A stretch of DNA of 64,000 nucleotides from Octopus vulgaris (lineage: Eukaryota), in contig OX597815.1 in the NCBI GenBank assembly GCA_951406725.2, forward strand, positions 64,170,001 to 64,234,000. Reading direction: 5' to 3'. Below the pieces are notes generated by a model. The model was not told the DNA's origin, searched no databases, and was given only the letters and a program-made list of their open reading frames with translations. Both the position numbers and the translations under genes were made by a program. How positions within the stretch are numbered: position 1 is the first letter of the stretch; every line of letters begins with the position of its first letter. Below, one piece after another: positions 1-10,979 of the stretch.

Positions 1-810
1 TTGAGGTGGTGGTTGTGCTGCTGCTGCTGCTGCTGCCGCTGATGGTTGTGGTGGTGATGATGACGATGATGGTTATGAAGAAGTTGTAGAGGAAGAGCTG
101 GCGATAGGAGATGAGGAAGAGAAAGGATGAATATTAGTGATGAGTGCGATTCCCTCTTAACAATCGTCGAGCCCGCCGCCATCACACTCTCCACCACCTG
201 TTCATTAATAAATATCATTTCATTTCCTATTCTTTTTTCGCCACCTTTCTTTTCCTCTTCCTTAACACCAGCGACCGCTTCCATTATATCACCACCACTA
301 CCACCATCATCTTTACCCACAACTAAATGGCACAACAAAAATGTGACCTTGACGAGGATTTTATCCCCACCACCACCACCACTATCATCGCCACTACCAC
401 CGCCATCACCATCTCCACCAAAACCACCACCACCACCACCACCACCCTAAGTTGGAAGACTCTTAGACGATCGTTTAGGCAAAAGCATCTAGCTCGGTCT
501 CTGTTCAAAGTACAAAAACTGTGACCCGATAACCAACACCACTATCAGTACTCCGAACCCTACACCCACAACTGACATCAACAGCAACAACAACAGCAGT
601 ATCGTCACATACTCATCCTTATCATTTTCATCCTCTTCGTTACAATCTTTTTCCATCATCATCACGAGCAACACATCCTTCCCAAAATCATCACCATGAT
701 TACCTTATTCGTCATCATTGTACTCCCCCTCCTCCTCCACCACCTCCTCATATTTCTTCTTCTTCTCCTCCTCCTCCTCTTCCTTTTTCTTTTCTCTCTC
801 TCTCTCTTTT
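1..810. repeat. Low-complexity (CAC/CCA/CAT/CTT/CT)n region
   Basis: Runs of ggt/gct/gat, then ccacca, catcat, cttctt and ctct; the ORFs here are poly-P/T/V translations. Confidence 0.85.
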
Positions 811-909
811 CAGTTCATTATCCTATCAACAACTAACTGACCACCACGACCACGTAAAAATTACAATCAACATTTTATCACCCTTCCACTATAATCAAAC
901 GTATCAGAT

Positions 910-1260
910 AAGTGTTGCGTTAAGAAATTTCTTCTCAAGGGACATGGTCCCAGGTTCTATCTCTTTGTGCGGCACACTGGGAAAGTATTTCCAACTCTGG
1001 CCTCATTTGCCCTAATATTTTTGTGTGAAATCCCGTCAACAGAAACTGCAAAGAAACCTGCCGTATGCGCGAGCGCGCGCCTGTGTGTGTGTGTGTGTGT
1101 GTGTGCACGTTAATTCGTGGTGTGGCGTGTATCTATGTTGATTTTTCCTGTGATAAATCAGTGGTGTGTGAAAAACAATAACTTAGTCGTTCGAAAAATA
1201 TCTATCGATAAAATGCCAGATTGAGACAAAAGCAGAGTCGATATGATTGACTAAAACCCC
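910..1260 (+). mobile_element. Degenerate SINE, family B (tRNA-like head, internal (GT)n)
   Basis: 'catggtcccaggttc...ggcacactgggaaagt...cagaaactgcaaagaaacctgccgtat', then (GT)n, then 'acttagtcgttcg...gtcgatatgattgactaaa'; collinear with the better copy at 50251-50643. Confidence 0.55.
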
Positions 1261-2863
1261 GAGAAGAATCTCTCAATATAAGAATACTTTCTAGTAAATC
1301 AACAAAGTGCATAAAATTTTTGAGAATTAAGTTTTTGAACCAAGTTACAATTTTTAAAAATGTTATATATTTAGCCTTACTGTGAACATAGCAGAATGAG
1401 GTTAATTTACAAAGGTCTCGGAATCCAGGAAAAAGATAGAATGGAATGATTTGTTGCTTCTCATCAAAGCTGTTGTCAGGGTCCGTTTACTTTCACGGAA
1501 GAGCCCATAGACAACGGTAAGGATATTATACTAGCAATGTAAGCGCGACTAATCGATTAGTTGACTCGATTTTTCTCAGTGACAACAACCCTTTGATTGT
1601 TTAACCATGGGTCAGTTTTCCCAGTGAAGAAAAGAATAAACAGATATTAAGAATGAATAGATGCGCTATTGGTTGTAAATTTGCTTACAAATTTAGTCTC
1701 ATATACATTGTGTTGATGGTCTTATTAATTAATACACCAGACGAATTTTACACCATCGTGTAAATACGACAGGGCCTAGCTTGACCGCACTTACGTATTT
1801 CATAAACTTGCATCTAATGCAGTCAGTACAAAATTTAGCGCTGCGGATGTGGTAATAAAGAATCTAAAGACCTATCTTTCAGCAATATGACAATATCATT
1901 TGCAACAATTAATGTAAATGATTGGTATTTTACGCTTCATTGCAATTTCTTTACCTTGTATGAGAAATAAAATCGTATTTGCTACTTTGTGAAGCCTAGC
2001 GGTATTTAATGACTGATCAATCAGGAACACAGACAAGCTACTGGCGGGAATATGATAAATGAAATCTTACCTAAGAACTCTAGCAAAATGTAAAATCCTT
2101 GCCAGAAACCTGGTACAGTTGATTGGGTACACGCCATATTGCTTTTTGCAAACCATCAGATATATGAAAATTAAGATTAACAGAGGGAAAAATTAAACGT
2201 AGATAGGAAAAACTATAGTTGGCAAGATGATATTCATATTTGTATTAATATATAATATAAAACCATGCAGACGATGGGTTTGAAGCGGTAGAGTACCGTA
2301 GGAAATATTTGCGGTATTTGTTTAGTTCTTTACAATCTAACGTTCAAATATTCTCAACGTAAACTTCATCCTTTACATTAACTAAAATACCAGTCAAGCA
2401 CTCTCAAGAACTCTCCCTCAATTTGTGTAATGTACAAAATCATAAATATATATCCACACCGTAGCAAGGCGACAAACTTGTGTTCGGATGCAATCGAATT
2501 AAACGACCCCAGTACTTGGCTGGTAGTTTATTTGAAAACGAAAGCATGAAAGGCAGAAGTTAACTTTGATGGTAATTGGAATCAGATATATTTTCAATGC
2601 ATCAACAATTTATCTTGTGTGTTATTCAATATACCCCGTATATACACATATACATATAAGTATGTGTGTGTCTGTCATGCGTGTTCGTTTCTCTTTTTTT
2701 CCATCTGTGATTTTATATTTGATCTTCTATATAAAGGAAAATATTTTCCCCGTCAGGCTGCTTTTCTGCCTACAAAACGAGAAGTTACATTGCGGAACTG
2801 TTATCTTAACGAGTTGCATCTATTTATCACTCGACGAGATACACCTGCACCGCCAGATGCTCC

Positions 2864-2972
2864 TTAATCAGTTGTTGAGTGGCCCACTCATAAGGGAATG
2901 ACGCTGAATGTGTTTGAAACAATCATCGTGATTAACAATAAATTCTCGTACATCTCCCGTCTTTCATTTGAC
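2864..2972 (+). mobile_element. Degenerate HHR-bearing Penelope-like repeat; inverted partial copies at 3148-3228 and 3669-3749
   Basis: ttaatca-gttgttga...tttGAAACAATCATC-gtgattaa (stem I ttaatca/tgattaa, decayed core); the other two copies read gtcGAAACAATCGTCgtgattaa on the minus strand. Confidence 0.55.
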
Positions 2973-2986
2973 ATATATATATACAC

Positions 2987-3029
<43 letters not shown>

Positions 3030-3049
3030 ATATACATACATTATATGTA

Positions 3050-3148
<99 letters not shown>

Positions 3149-3369
3149 GGCAAATGAAAGACGGAAGATGGAATATAAGAGAATTTATTATTAATCACGA
3201 CGATTGTTTCGACACATCTATCGTCGATATATATATATATGCAAATACAATAAGAGGCTTCTAAATAGGAAAGCCTTGTGCTAGAAAGAGCAATAGAAAA
3301 CTTAGGATATACAGGCAGTTAGTTTTACATGTGGATCTGGCTGTATGTATATTTGATATCTAAAGGCTG

Positions 3370-3438
3370 TCCCACTGATGAAACTCGCCTTCAGCGAATA
3401 TATTTTTGCTGGAAATAGTTAGAAACCATGGTCTGGGA
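3370..3438 (+). ncRNA. Type I hammerhead ribozyme motif (stem II base imperfect)
   Basis: tccca CTGATGA aact..cagcgaa/tttgctg..agtt a GAAA CCATGG TC tggga; homologous to the minus-strand motif at 45020-45087. Confidence 0.7.
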
Positions 3439-3769
3439 AATTATTGAGATGGTAAACGTTTTTAATTTTCATTCCTTTCGAGAATTTATCTTTATTTGGT
3501 GGTTTTGAGTTTTCTACTGCTCTTTCTAGCACAAAGCTTTCCTATTGGGAAGCCTCTTATTGTATTTCTATGTGAATGATATATAGTCTAATTACTAATT
3601 CGTTTTTGTGCTAGGCCACTGGTAATAATAATTTCTTATTACCCTATTTTTATTTATATATATATATATGCCAAATGAAAGACGGAAGATGGAATATAAG
3701 AGAATTTATTATTAATCACGACGATTGTTTCCACACATCTAACGTCGAAATATATATATATATATATAT

Positions 3770-3958
3770 TGTTGAAAGTTATAGAAAAACAAAAAAACGA
3801 AGACAGGTGTATTAAAACAAGCACGAGTATTAGTTTGACGCTCGGAAAGGTGAGAAGGTCTTTTATGTTTCGAGCCTACGCTCTTCAACAGAAAGAAACA
3901 CGATGAACTAAACAGAGAGAGAATAAAAAAAAATCTTGTGGATTTAGCGGTCAGTCAT
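3770..3958 (-). mobile_element. (TA)n-bounded HHR-bearing repeat (motif 3859-3896, CUGUUGA core variant)
   Basis: Minus strand reads tcttt CTGTTGA A GAGC GTAG GCTC GAAA CATA aaaga; same family as 42290-42516 and 40585-40792. Confidence 0.7.
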
Positions 3959-4429
3959 ATATATTATACTTAACGAGAATATTGTTGACTGTGACTTTGA
4001 GGTTCCCGCTAGCCGGATTATTATCCGACGATGGCTTTGCTTGCCAAACTTCCATGCGACTCTCAACAATTTGTATTTGTACTCTACAAAAATATATAGA
4101 GTAACCCATTAGATTAATATAAACTTGTTTTTATTATTATAAATGAAAATAATATACCACCCATGTAACTTAGCGGTTCAGCAATAACGACAAATAATAA
4201 GTAGTGGGGTCGACTAAAGATCCTTCAAGGTGGTGCTGCAGCATGGTAGCAGTCTAAAACATATTATTACATTTAAATTTCTATCTTACAAACTGAAAAG
4301 GGAGCTTGACAAAATTAACTCAATTAGTATAGAATGATGGTTTCATATTTTCTTATAATTAAGACCTAAACTGTTAATATATATGAATGCGAAAGAGATA
4401 GTTGAATAACTGTAAACCTACTTTTGGGC

Positions 4430-4520
<91 letters not shown>

Positions 4521-4847
4521 CATACATACATACATACATACATACATACATACATACATGCATACGCACACACACACACATACACACATATATACGCATA
4601 CACCTATGTACATAATGCATTCTCCGATTATCTGTCATTTGCCTGATTTTTTTTTTTTGTCTTTTGGTGTTTGTATTTTCCAGTTTTATGATCTCGAAAA
4701 ACTCAATAGAACTAACTACAGGAATTCTCTAGTGCTGTTAATGTCTCTATGGAAGCCAGAACTCCACAGTGATAAATTCTCTAAAGTCAAAAGTCATCTC
4801 GCGTATTGGCAATAATAATAATGATAATAATAATAATAATAATAATA

Positions 4848-5323
4848 ATTTTGTCTTGGTATAAAAGATGGGCTACAGCAAATATTCTGCTCAATACCAC
4901 AGATTTGCTTGTCAGTTGTTTGACCTTAACCAGTTGAGCATGTCCCTTAGTTGCTGACGATATGTGCATCTCTGATTATGAGCAGAAGTAGTGGGGGAGC
5001 ATCATAGCCATGTGTTGAGAGGGAGTCTTTGGGGTTTGAATAATTCACCTCTGGAAACATGGGTGGTTCTTTCAACATCCTTAAACAACCCTTATTCAGG
5101 GACCTTTTGAGCGGGATGGGCTACTCAACCTGAAGAAAATTCTAACTGGGCCCCACCTGCAAGGTCATGTGCTGTTTATCTTGATATGAGATCACCATGT
5201 CGCGCACATATGGTTGTGATGCATGTGCCTGGTGTACCTTTATCAGACGGGTAGTCATGATGGGTATACTGGGATTCGTATATTTTTACCCCAGTGCCAC
5301 TTTGATGGCATGCTCTCTCACTC
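4848..5323 (+). mobile_element. Non-coding interspersed repeat embedded in an (AAT)n array; second copy at 38185-38620
   Basis: About 350 bp clearly shared with 38263-38620 ('gtcttggtataaaagatgggctacagc...catatggt'); (AAT)n on both sides. Confidence 0.8.
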
Positions 5324-5451
<128 letters not shown>

Positions 5452-5475
5452 CATTATTATTATTATTATTATTAA

Positions 5476-5675
5476 TTTTCCACAAGGGCAGCTTGGGAGA
5501 GGTGGGGATGAGTCTATTACATCGACTCCAGTGTTCAACTGGTACTTAATTTATCGACCCCGAAAGGATGAAAAGCAAAGTCGATCTCGGTGGAATGAAA
5601 CCCAGAACGTAGCGGCAGACGAAAAACCGCTAAGCATTTCGCCCGGCGTGCTAACGATTCTGCCAGCATGCTGCT
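5476..5675 (-). mobile_element. tRNA-derived SINE, family A (Meta-like central domain)
   Basis: Minus strand gives ctggcagaatcgttagcacgccgggcgaaatgcttagc...tttcatcctttcggggtcgataaattaagtaccagtt; the family recurs more than 10 times in the window. Confidence 0.85.
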
Positions 5676-5677
5676 TC

Positions 5678-5687
5678 AATAATAATA

Positions 5688-5781
<94 letters not shown>

Positions 5782-5792
5782 TAATAATAATG

Positions 5793-5865
<73 letters not shown>
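5678..5865. repeat. (AAT)n microsatellite
   Basis: About 190 bp nearly pure AAT. Confidence 0.95.
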
Positions 5866-5867
<2 letters not shown>

Positions 5868-6289
5868 CAAGAAGTAATATATATGGAATGTTCACCCTTC
5901 AGTTTTGATTCCTACTCTCACCTAATTGACTTATGCTCGTAACGCTCTTTAGAAAAGAGTGACCATCCCACATCAGACAAGATCATACTCCCCACAAGCT
6001 CAAAATAAATTAATGCCTTTTGGTCCAAATAAGAAATCAACATGTTGCATTTTGGCAAGGTTCTCTTTTCTTATTTCCTTTTATGTAAAAAAAAAAGAAG
6101 AAAAGAAAATGTGGGGTTGATGATGTTTTTATCGACCCAGTATATTTTATCGTATTGAAACCCCGATGATGGATGAAAGACAAAAATCGACGCACGAAAG
6201 AACTAGACTTGGATGAAAAAAGAGTATAAACCCTGTAATACAATTAATTCAGTTATATCTTATTATCTTATCTCCCGTTATGACATAAA

Positions 6290-6294
6290 GTGTA

Positions 6295-6346
<52 letters not shown>

Positions 6347-6377
6347 ATATATACATGTATATATGTATATATATGTA

Positions 6378-6455
<78 letters not shown>

Positions 6456-6464
6456 TACATATAT

Positions 6465-6552
<88 letters not shown>

Positions 6553-6563
6553 GTATATATGTA

Positions 6564-6630
<67 letters not shown>

Positions 6631-6718
6631 CGGGAAGCTTTATGAAAATAGACAAAAGACGAAATATATATATATATATATACATACATATATATGTATA
6701 TATATATATATATATATT
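6290..6718. repeat. (TA)n/(TATG)n microsatellite containing a 35-bp 3' stub of an HHR-family repeat (6629-6663)
   Basis: aacgggaagctttatgaaaatagacaaaagacgaa is the reverse complement of 42482-42516. Confidence 0.85.
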
Positions 6719-6759
6719 CTTTCTTCAAAACTTAATCGTACATCTGTCATTATTAGGGT

Positions 6760-8030
6760 CAAATTGATCTGAAAAGATATGAAACATTCAGTAAGTAACG
6801 GGGAAGTACGATTAAGTTTTGAAGAAAGAAAATTTATAAAGTGTTATTGGAAGCACGAAAATATCATGGAAGTGCAAAGACAGTTTAGAGAACATTTTCA
6901 CAAAGATCCCCAAACTTATCTTGCATACGAGATAAGTTTGAATCCGATGGAACTGTACATAACGTCCATCAGGTGCGTTGAGGAAGACCATGGTCATCAA
7001 TCTGCCCTGCAAAGGAAGAAGGATTGCTGAAAACCCTCCGGCAGTCTTTACAGAGATATGTAAGACAAATGGCTCATGAGATGGGAATCCCCAAATCAAA
7101 CGCCCATTGCATTTGAAAGCAAGTTGGTTGGAAATGTTATACTCCAACATTTATCCACACTCTAAATGTAGACGATCCTGACTGGAGAGTTGAATTTTGT
7201 GAGTGGTACCTGAGCAAACGCGAGGAAGATGCAGCATCTCATCCAAAACTGGTTGGGCTGATGAGGCCAGTTTTAAGTAAAATGGCTCGATTAACCGACT
7301 TAATTGCACCTACTGGGCTCTGAAAATCCGTACGTTACTATGGAACACCATCTGAGCTTACCTGGTATTAGTGTGATGTGGGATATAAGCATTGGGTATC
7401 ATAGGGCCATTCTTTTTTGACCAAACTACTACTAGGGATACTTACCTAAACTTGCTGCAGGAATCCGTCGTTGCACGAGTCGAAGAGTTGTTTGATGACG
7501 AAGAGATGTACTTTCAGCAAGATGAAGCAGCTCCCCATAACCATCGTGATGTAAGGACCTACCGCGATGCAACTTTTCCGAATAGATGGATTGGACGAAG
7601 AGATAGTGTTGAATTCTCGGCGCATTCACCACACCTCACTCCAATGAACTTTTTTTAAGGGGATATCTAGAAGATTAGTTTTATTGTTCAAAACCAGGAA
7701 CAGTTGATGAACTGAGAGAGGAAATTGAAAGATCATGTCTCGCAGTTCCGAATAAAAGGATTTGTAACGCTTTTGAATTCATTGGTCCACGGGATCAGCT
7801 GTGTTTGGGGAGTGGTGGTCGTTAGTTTGAACATTTATAAAAAGGCATTTATCCATTTTGTGTTTAACCATTAATCACTATCAATAAACAATGTATTTAT
7901 TGACATTTAAAGAGTTAGGGCATTTTGACCATGTATTTGTAAATTTGAACTATTAATCTTGTTTCTAAGTCAATAAACACTGAATTAATTGTCATTTAAA
8001 GACGGAGTACATTTTTTGGGACATCCTATA
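6760..8030 (+). mobile_element. Decayed Tc1/mariner-superfamily transposon, DD41D (rosa/Visitor-type) transposase pseudogene
   Basis: N-terminal 'LSFEERKFIKCYWKHENIMEVQRQF'; C-terminal '[41 protein letters not shown]' with 41 residues between the last two catalytic positions; TIR-like end 'ttttgggacatcctata'; many frameshifts. Confidence 0.85.
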
Positions 8031-8031
8031 C

Positions 8032-8089
<58 letters not shown>

Positions 8090-8119
8090 ACGTGTGTGTG
8101 TGTGTGTGTATGTTTGTGT

Positions 8120-8345
8120 GTGTGTGCATCTGTTTGTCTCTCTGTCCGCCACCACCACCGCTTGACAAATGGCATTGGTATGTTTATGTCCTCATAATTT
8201 ATCGATTCGGCAAAAGAGACCGATAGAATAAGCACCAGGCTTTAAAATAAATATGTACTGGCGTCGATACATTCGACTAAAAGTTTTTCAAGACGATGCC
8301 CCAGCGTGGCCGCAGTCTAATAACTGAAACAAGTAAAAGATAAAA
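8120..8345 (+). mobile_element. SINE family B, 3' half
   Basis: caccgcttgacaa...ttcggcaaaagagaccgatagaataag...ccagcgtggccgcagtctaataactgaaacaagtaaaag. Confidence 0.8.
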
Positions 8346-8365
8346 GGAATACCTTTTACACTGTA

Positions 8366-8657
8366 TACGAGGTAGTATCAAAAAGTTCCAGGAATAGTTC
8401 TGTCGCGCGCCAACAAATGCCCGCAAACTGTTGCGTGCGCAATGAGAACTAGCAGTGACCTTGATGAGGCAGTGTGCCGAGTGACATCGCTAAGTTCATG
8501 TTTTTGTGATCACATGTATGCTGTAGTCTGAGACTTGTTATGGACAGGAAGTTGGAACGAGAAATTTTGCGTTAAATTTGGATAGTCTGCTAGAGAGACA
8601 TTGGGTATACTTCGGCAAGCTTACGGCGACGAGGCAATGGGTTGTTTCGGGTGGCAA
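8366..8657 (+). mobile_element. mariner 5' fragment (TIR plus N-terminal HTH)
   Basis: TA-cgaggtagtatcaaaaagttcc TIR-like start; degenerate MDRKLE.R..FCVKFG*SARETLGILRQAYGDEAMG. Confidence 0.7.
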
Positions 8658-8659
8658 CA

Positions 8660-8790
8660 AGGACAACGCAAAAAGGGCACCCTCAGAATCATGGAGGCCC
8701 TCTTTATCCACAAATTGAGACCAGCCACTTACAACAAGAGGTAACTACATGAAGCAGACTGGTTATTATAGTAACACCAGTCTGCGTATA
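8660..8790 (+). pseudogene. Possible Penelope-like element GIY-YIG endonuclease C-terminal remnant
   Basis: Translates TLRIMEALFIHKLRPATYNK, resembling the terminal 'L.I.EAL.I..L.P.LN' motif of Penelope ORFs; followed by the hairpin gcagactgg..ccagtctgc. Confidence 0.5.
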
Positions 8791-8926
8791 TCACCTGCGT
8801 CCCTCCTCCTCCTCCACACATCTGAGCGGCGAATTTTCCATCCCTCGCTTTTCGAAAAGTCCTAAATAAGACATAACCCCAAAATATAGAAATACAAGGT
8901 AAAACTGCAATTTTTTGTTTTCTTTT

Positions 8927-9165
8927 GTGGAGGCGCGTGGCTTAGTGGTTAGAGTGTCAGCACCATGATCGTAAGATTGTGATTTCGATTCCTGGACCGG
9001 GCGACGCGTTGTATTCTTGAGCAAAACACTTAATTTCACGTTTGCTGGCAAAAATGAGTAACGCTGCGATGGACTGGCGTCCCGTCCAGCTGGGGAACAC
9101 ATACGCCATAGAAACCGGAAAACCGAGCCCATGAGCCTCGCTAGGCTTTAAAAGGGCGCATTTAT
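8927..9165 (+). mobile_element. tRNA-derived SINE, family C (CORE-like and V-like segments)
   Basis: A box tggcttagtggtt, B-box-like tttcgattcc, 'ttcttgagcaaaacactt', 'ctgcgatggactggcgtcccgtccag'. Domain names are from recall. Confidence 0.7.
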
Positions 9166-9189
9166 TATATTTATTTTTTGTTTTCTTTT

Positions 9190-9482
9190 CTTTTTGCATT
9201 GTTCCGTATTATTATTTTTTTCCGTTTCTCACCGAATGTTTTCCGTACACCTAGGGCAGAGAATCTTATTGTATGCATTCCTAGATTACACACGCAAATT
9301 CACAGGTAAAATATGTAATTAAAAAATTAATAAATAAATAAATTCATGAATGGATGTTGTTTTCAATAATGCTTTTCTCAGTACATGAGTCGTTCCAGTT
9401 AACACGAATTTTTGCACTTCCTGTAGGGATGGTAAGCCTGGTATCATTTTCAAATAGGTTTCAGTACCTTTTTTTATCATTC
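9190..9482 (-). mobile_element. 5'-truncated 3' end of an R4/Dong-like LINE
   Basis: Minus strand encodes MIKKGTETYLKMIPGLPSLQEVQKFVLTGTTHVLRKAL, close to the C-terminus of the 33829-36846 ORF; abuts (TAA)n at 9483-9538. Confidence 0.85.
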
Positions 9483-9538
<56 letters not shown>

Positions 9539-9539
9539 G

Positions 9540-10010
9540 ATTTGACTCAGGTTCGGTTTTATTCCTGGCAGGATTTATGCGGTTTAGCGAGTCACTATCT
9601 GTAACCTTAGATATCCACTAGCTTTCAATAGCTTTTCAAGTGCTTAGAGCCCTCCTGATAATCCTTACCATCCTTAAGAGGTAAACTTTCTGTAGAAGCT
9701 CCACAGGACGTTCTATTCCAATCTCCTTCAACCATTTGCCCATATCTTTGCTTACAGTTCTCTATGTACAAATTATTATAGGCACATCCTTTCTTTTTGT
9801 AGTTTACAATTCAAATTTTAAGGGATTGTATTGTTTGGTGTTTTTTTGCTCCTTTTTTATTTTTTTTTTTTCATCTTCATTCTTCACGATCATGGAATCA
9901 AATGGACATGATGGATCAATTAGTAAACAACTTTGCTTTTCCTTGTCTATTATTATGTCTGGTCTATTATTTTCTAGCTTCTTGTCCATTTGAACAGGAT
10001 AGTCACAGGC
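9540..10010 (-). mobile_element. Second R4/Dong-like RLE-domain fragment
   Basis: DYPVQMDKKLENNRPDIIIDKEKQSCLLIDPSCPFD...KYNPLKFEL is a PD-(D/E)xK-type RLE motif; its 3' end runs into the (TAA)n array. Confidence 0.8.
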
Positions 10011-10829
10011 ACTGGCTCTCATGGCTTCTGATATTAACTGATTGGAAGTGTGATGCAAAGTAGGTTCCTCCAACTGGTGTGATGTGTGACTGCCGCTGTA
10101 TTGTAGTTGCTAGTCATCGCATACTGTTGTATCTCTTCATACCGGAATAGTAATACACTAGCTTGTCTTACTATTGCTGATAGCTCCACAAGATACCGAC
10201 TAGAAAGAACTGTCGACTCTCGACTCTCTCTTGACGACCGGCTACTGGTTTATTTATAATGGCCTTTCCTGCCACCTTTTACCAGGAGGAGTATACAGCT
10301 TCACTATACATCTCCCCTTTAAATTATTTTATTTAACTAGCAATTTCTTTTATTCATCCCACCTCCTCCTTTATATATATATATATATATATATCTTCTT
10401 CTTCTTCTTCTTCTTCTTCTTCTTCTTCTTCTTCTTCTTCTTCTTCTTCTTCTTCTTCTTCTTCTCCCCCTTCTCCTTCCTAGCTTTATCACTAATGCTT
10501 TTTAGTATAACACCTACGCAAATTCTATAAACAAAACTTTCAATAGAAATATTTTCATGAACTGAACAGCAACTGCTAGCCTTCTCTGACCATTCAAAAT
10601 ACTATAATCAAGGCACTCCCAAATTCTTCGACTTCTTCCTCCCCTTCCCTCCTCCTCCTCCTTCTTCCCTACCAAGAATTCACAACGATCTCGAACCCAC
10701 AAGAGTAAACGAGAGACAGAGAAAGGCAGAAACAAGGAAAATGCCACTTATATTTGAACACTATACAAATATTCTTTAAAAAGAAAAACTTTTCTTTTAA
10801 TTTTTCTAAATTTAATTATTTAATTGTTA

Positions 10830-10865
10830 CAGTTGAAAAGGTCTCAATGACTGAAACCGGTACTG
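10830..10865 (+). ncRNA. Minimal hammerhead ribozyme motif, U3-A8 variant
   Basis: cag TTGAAAA GGTC tcaat GACT GAAA CCGG TA ctg; lies in a repeat (about 10690-10918) ending at (TA)n and related to 46930-47265 and 47675-48075. Confidence 0.7.
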
Positions 10866-10911
10866 AAATATTCTTTATAAAATTATTTTAGCATTTTCAA
10901 TCCTGACTTGT

Positions 10912-10962
<51 letters not shown>

Positions 10963-10979
10963 ACATATATATGTATTCT

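Noticed and set aside
127-674. Pro/Thr-rich ORFs resembling extensin or mucin
   Set aside because: They derive from (CCA)n/(CAC)n repeats and are open in several frames; no splice or domain support.
1380-2260. Unique sequence with a possible splice donor (caacg|gtaagg at about 1516)
   Set aside because: No convincing acceptor, frame or homology.
4010-4060. Additional HHR-like traces (4024-4050; also 60873-60912)
   Set aside because: Multiple core mismatches and no stem I or III, so not distinguishable from chance.
4398-4435. Solo Tc1-like TIR (ctgtaaacctacttttgggccactata)
   Set aside because: No partner TIR or transposase found, so it is too little to call.
8927-9005. tRNA gene
   Set aside because: A/B boxes are present but there is no convincing cloverleaf, and it continues into a SINE body; the same holds for the family A and B heads.
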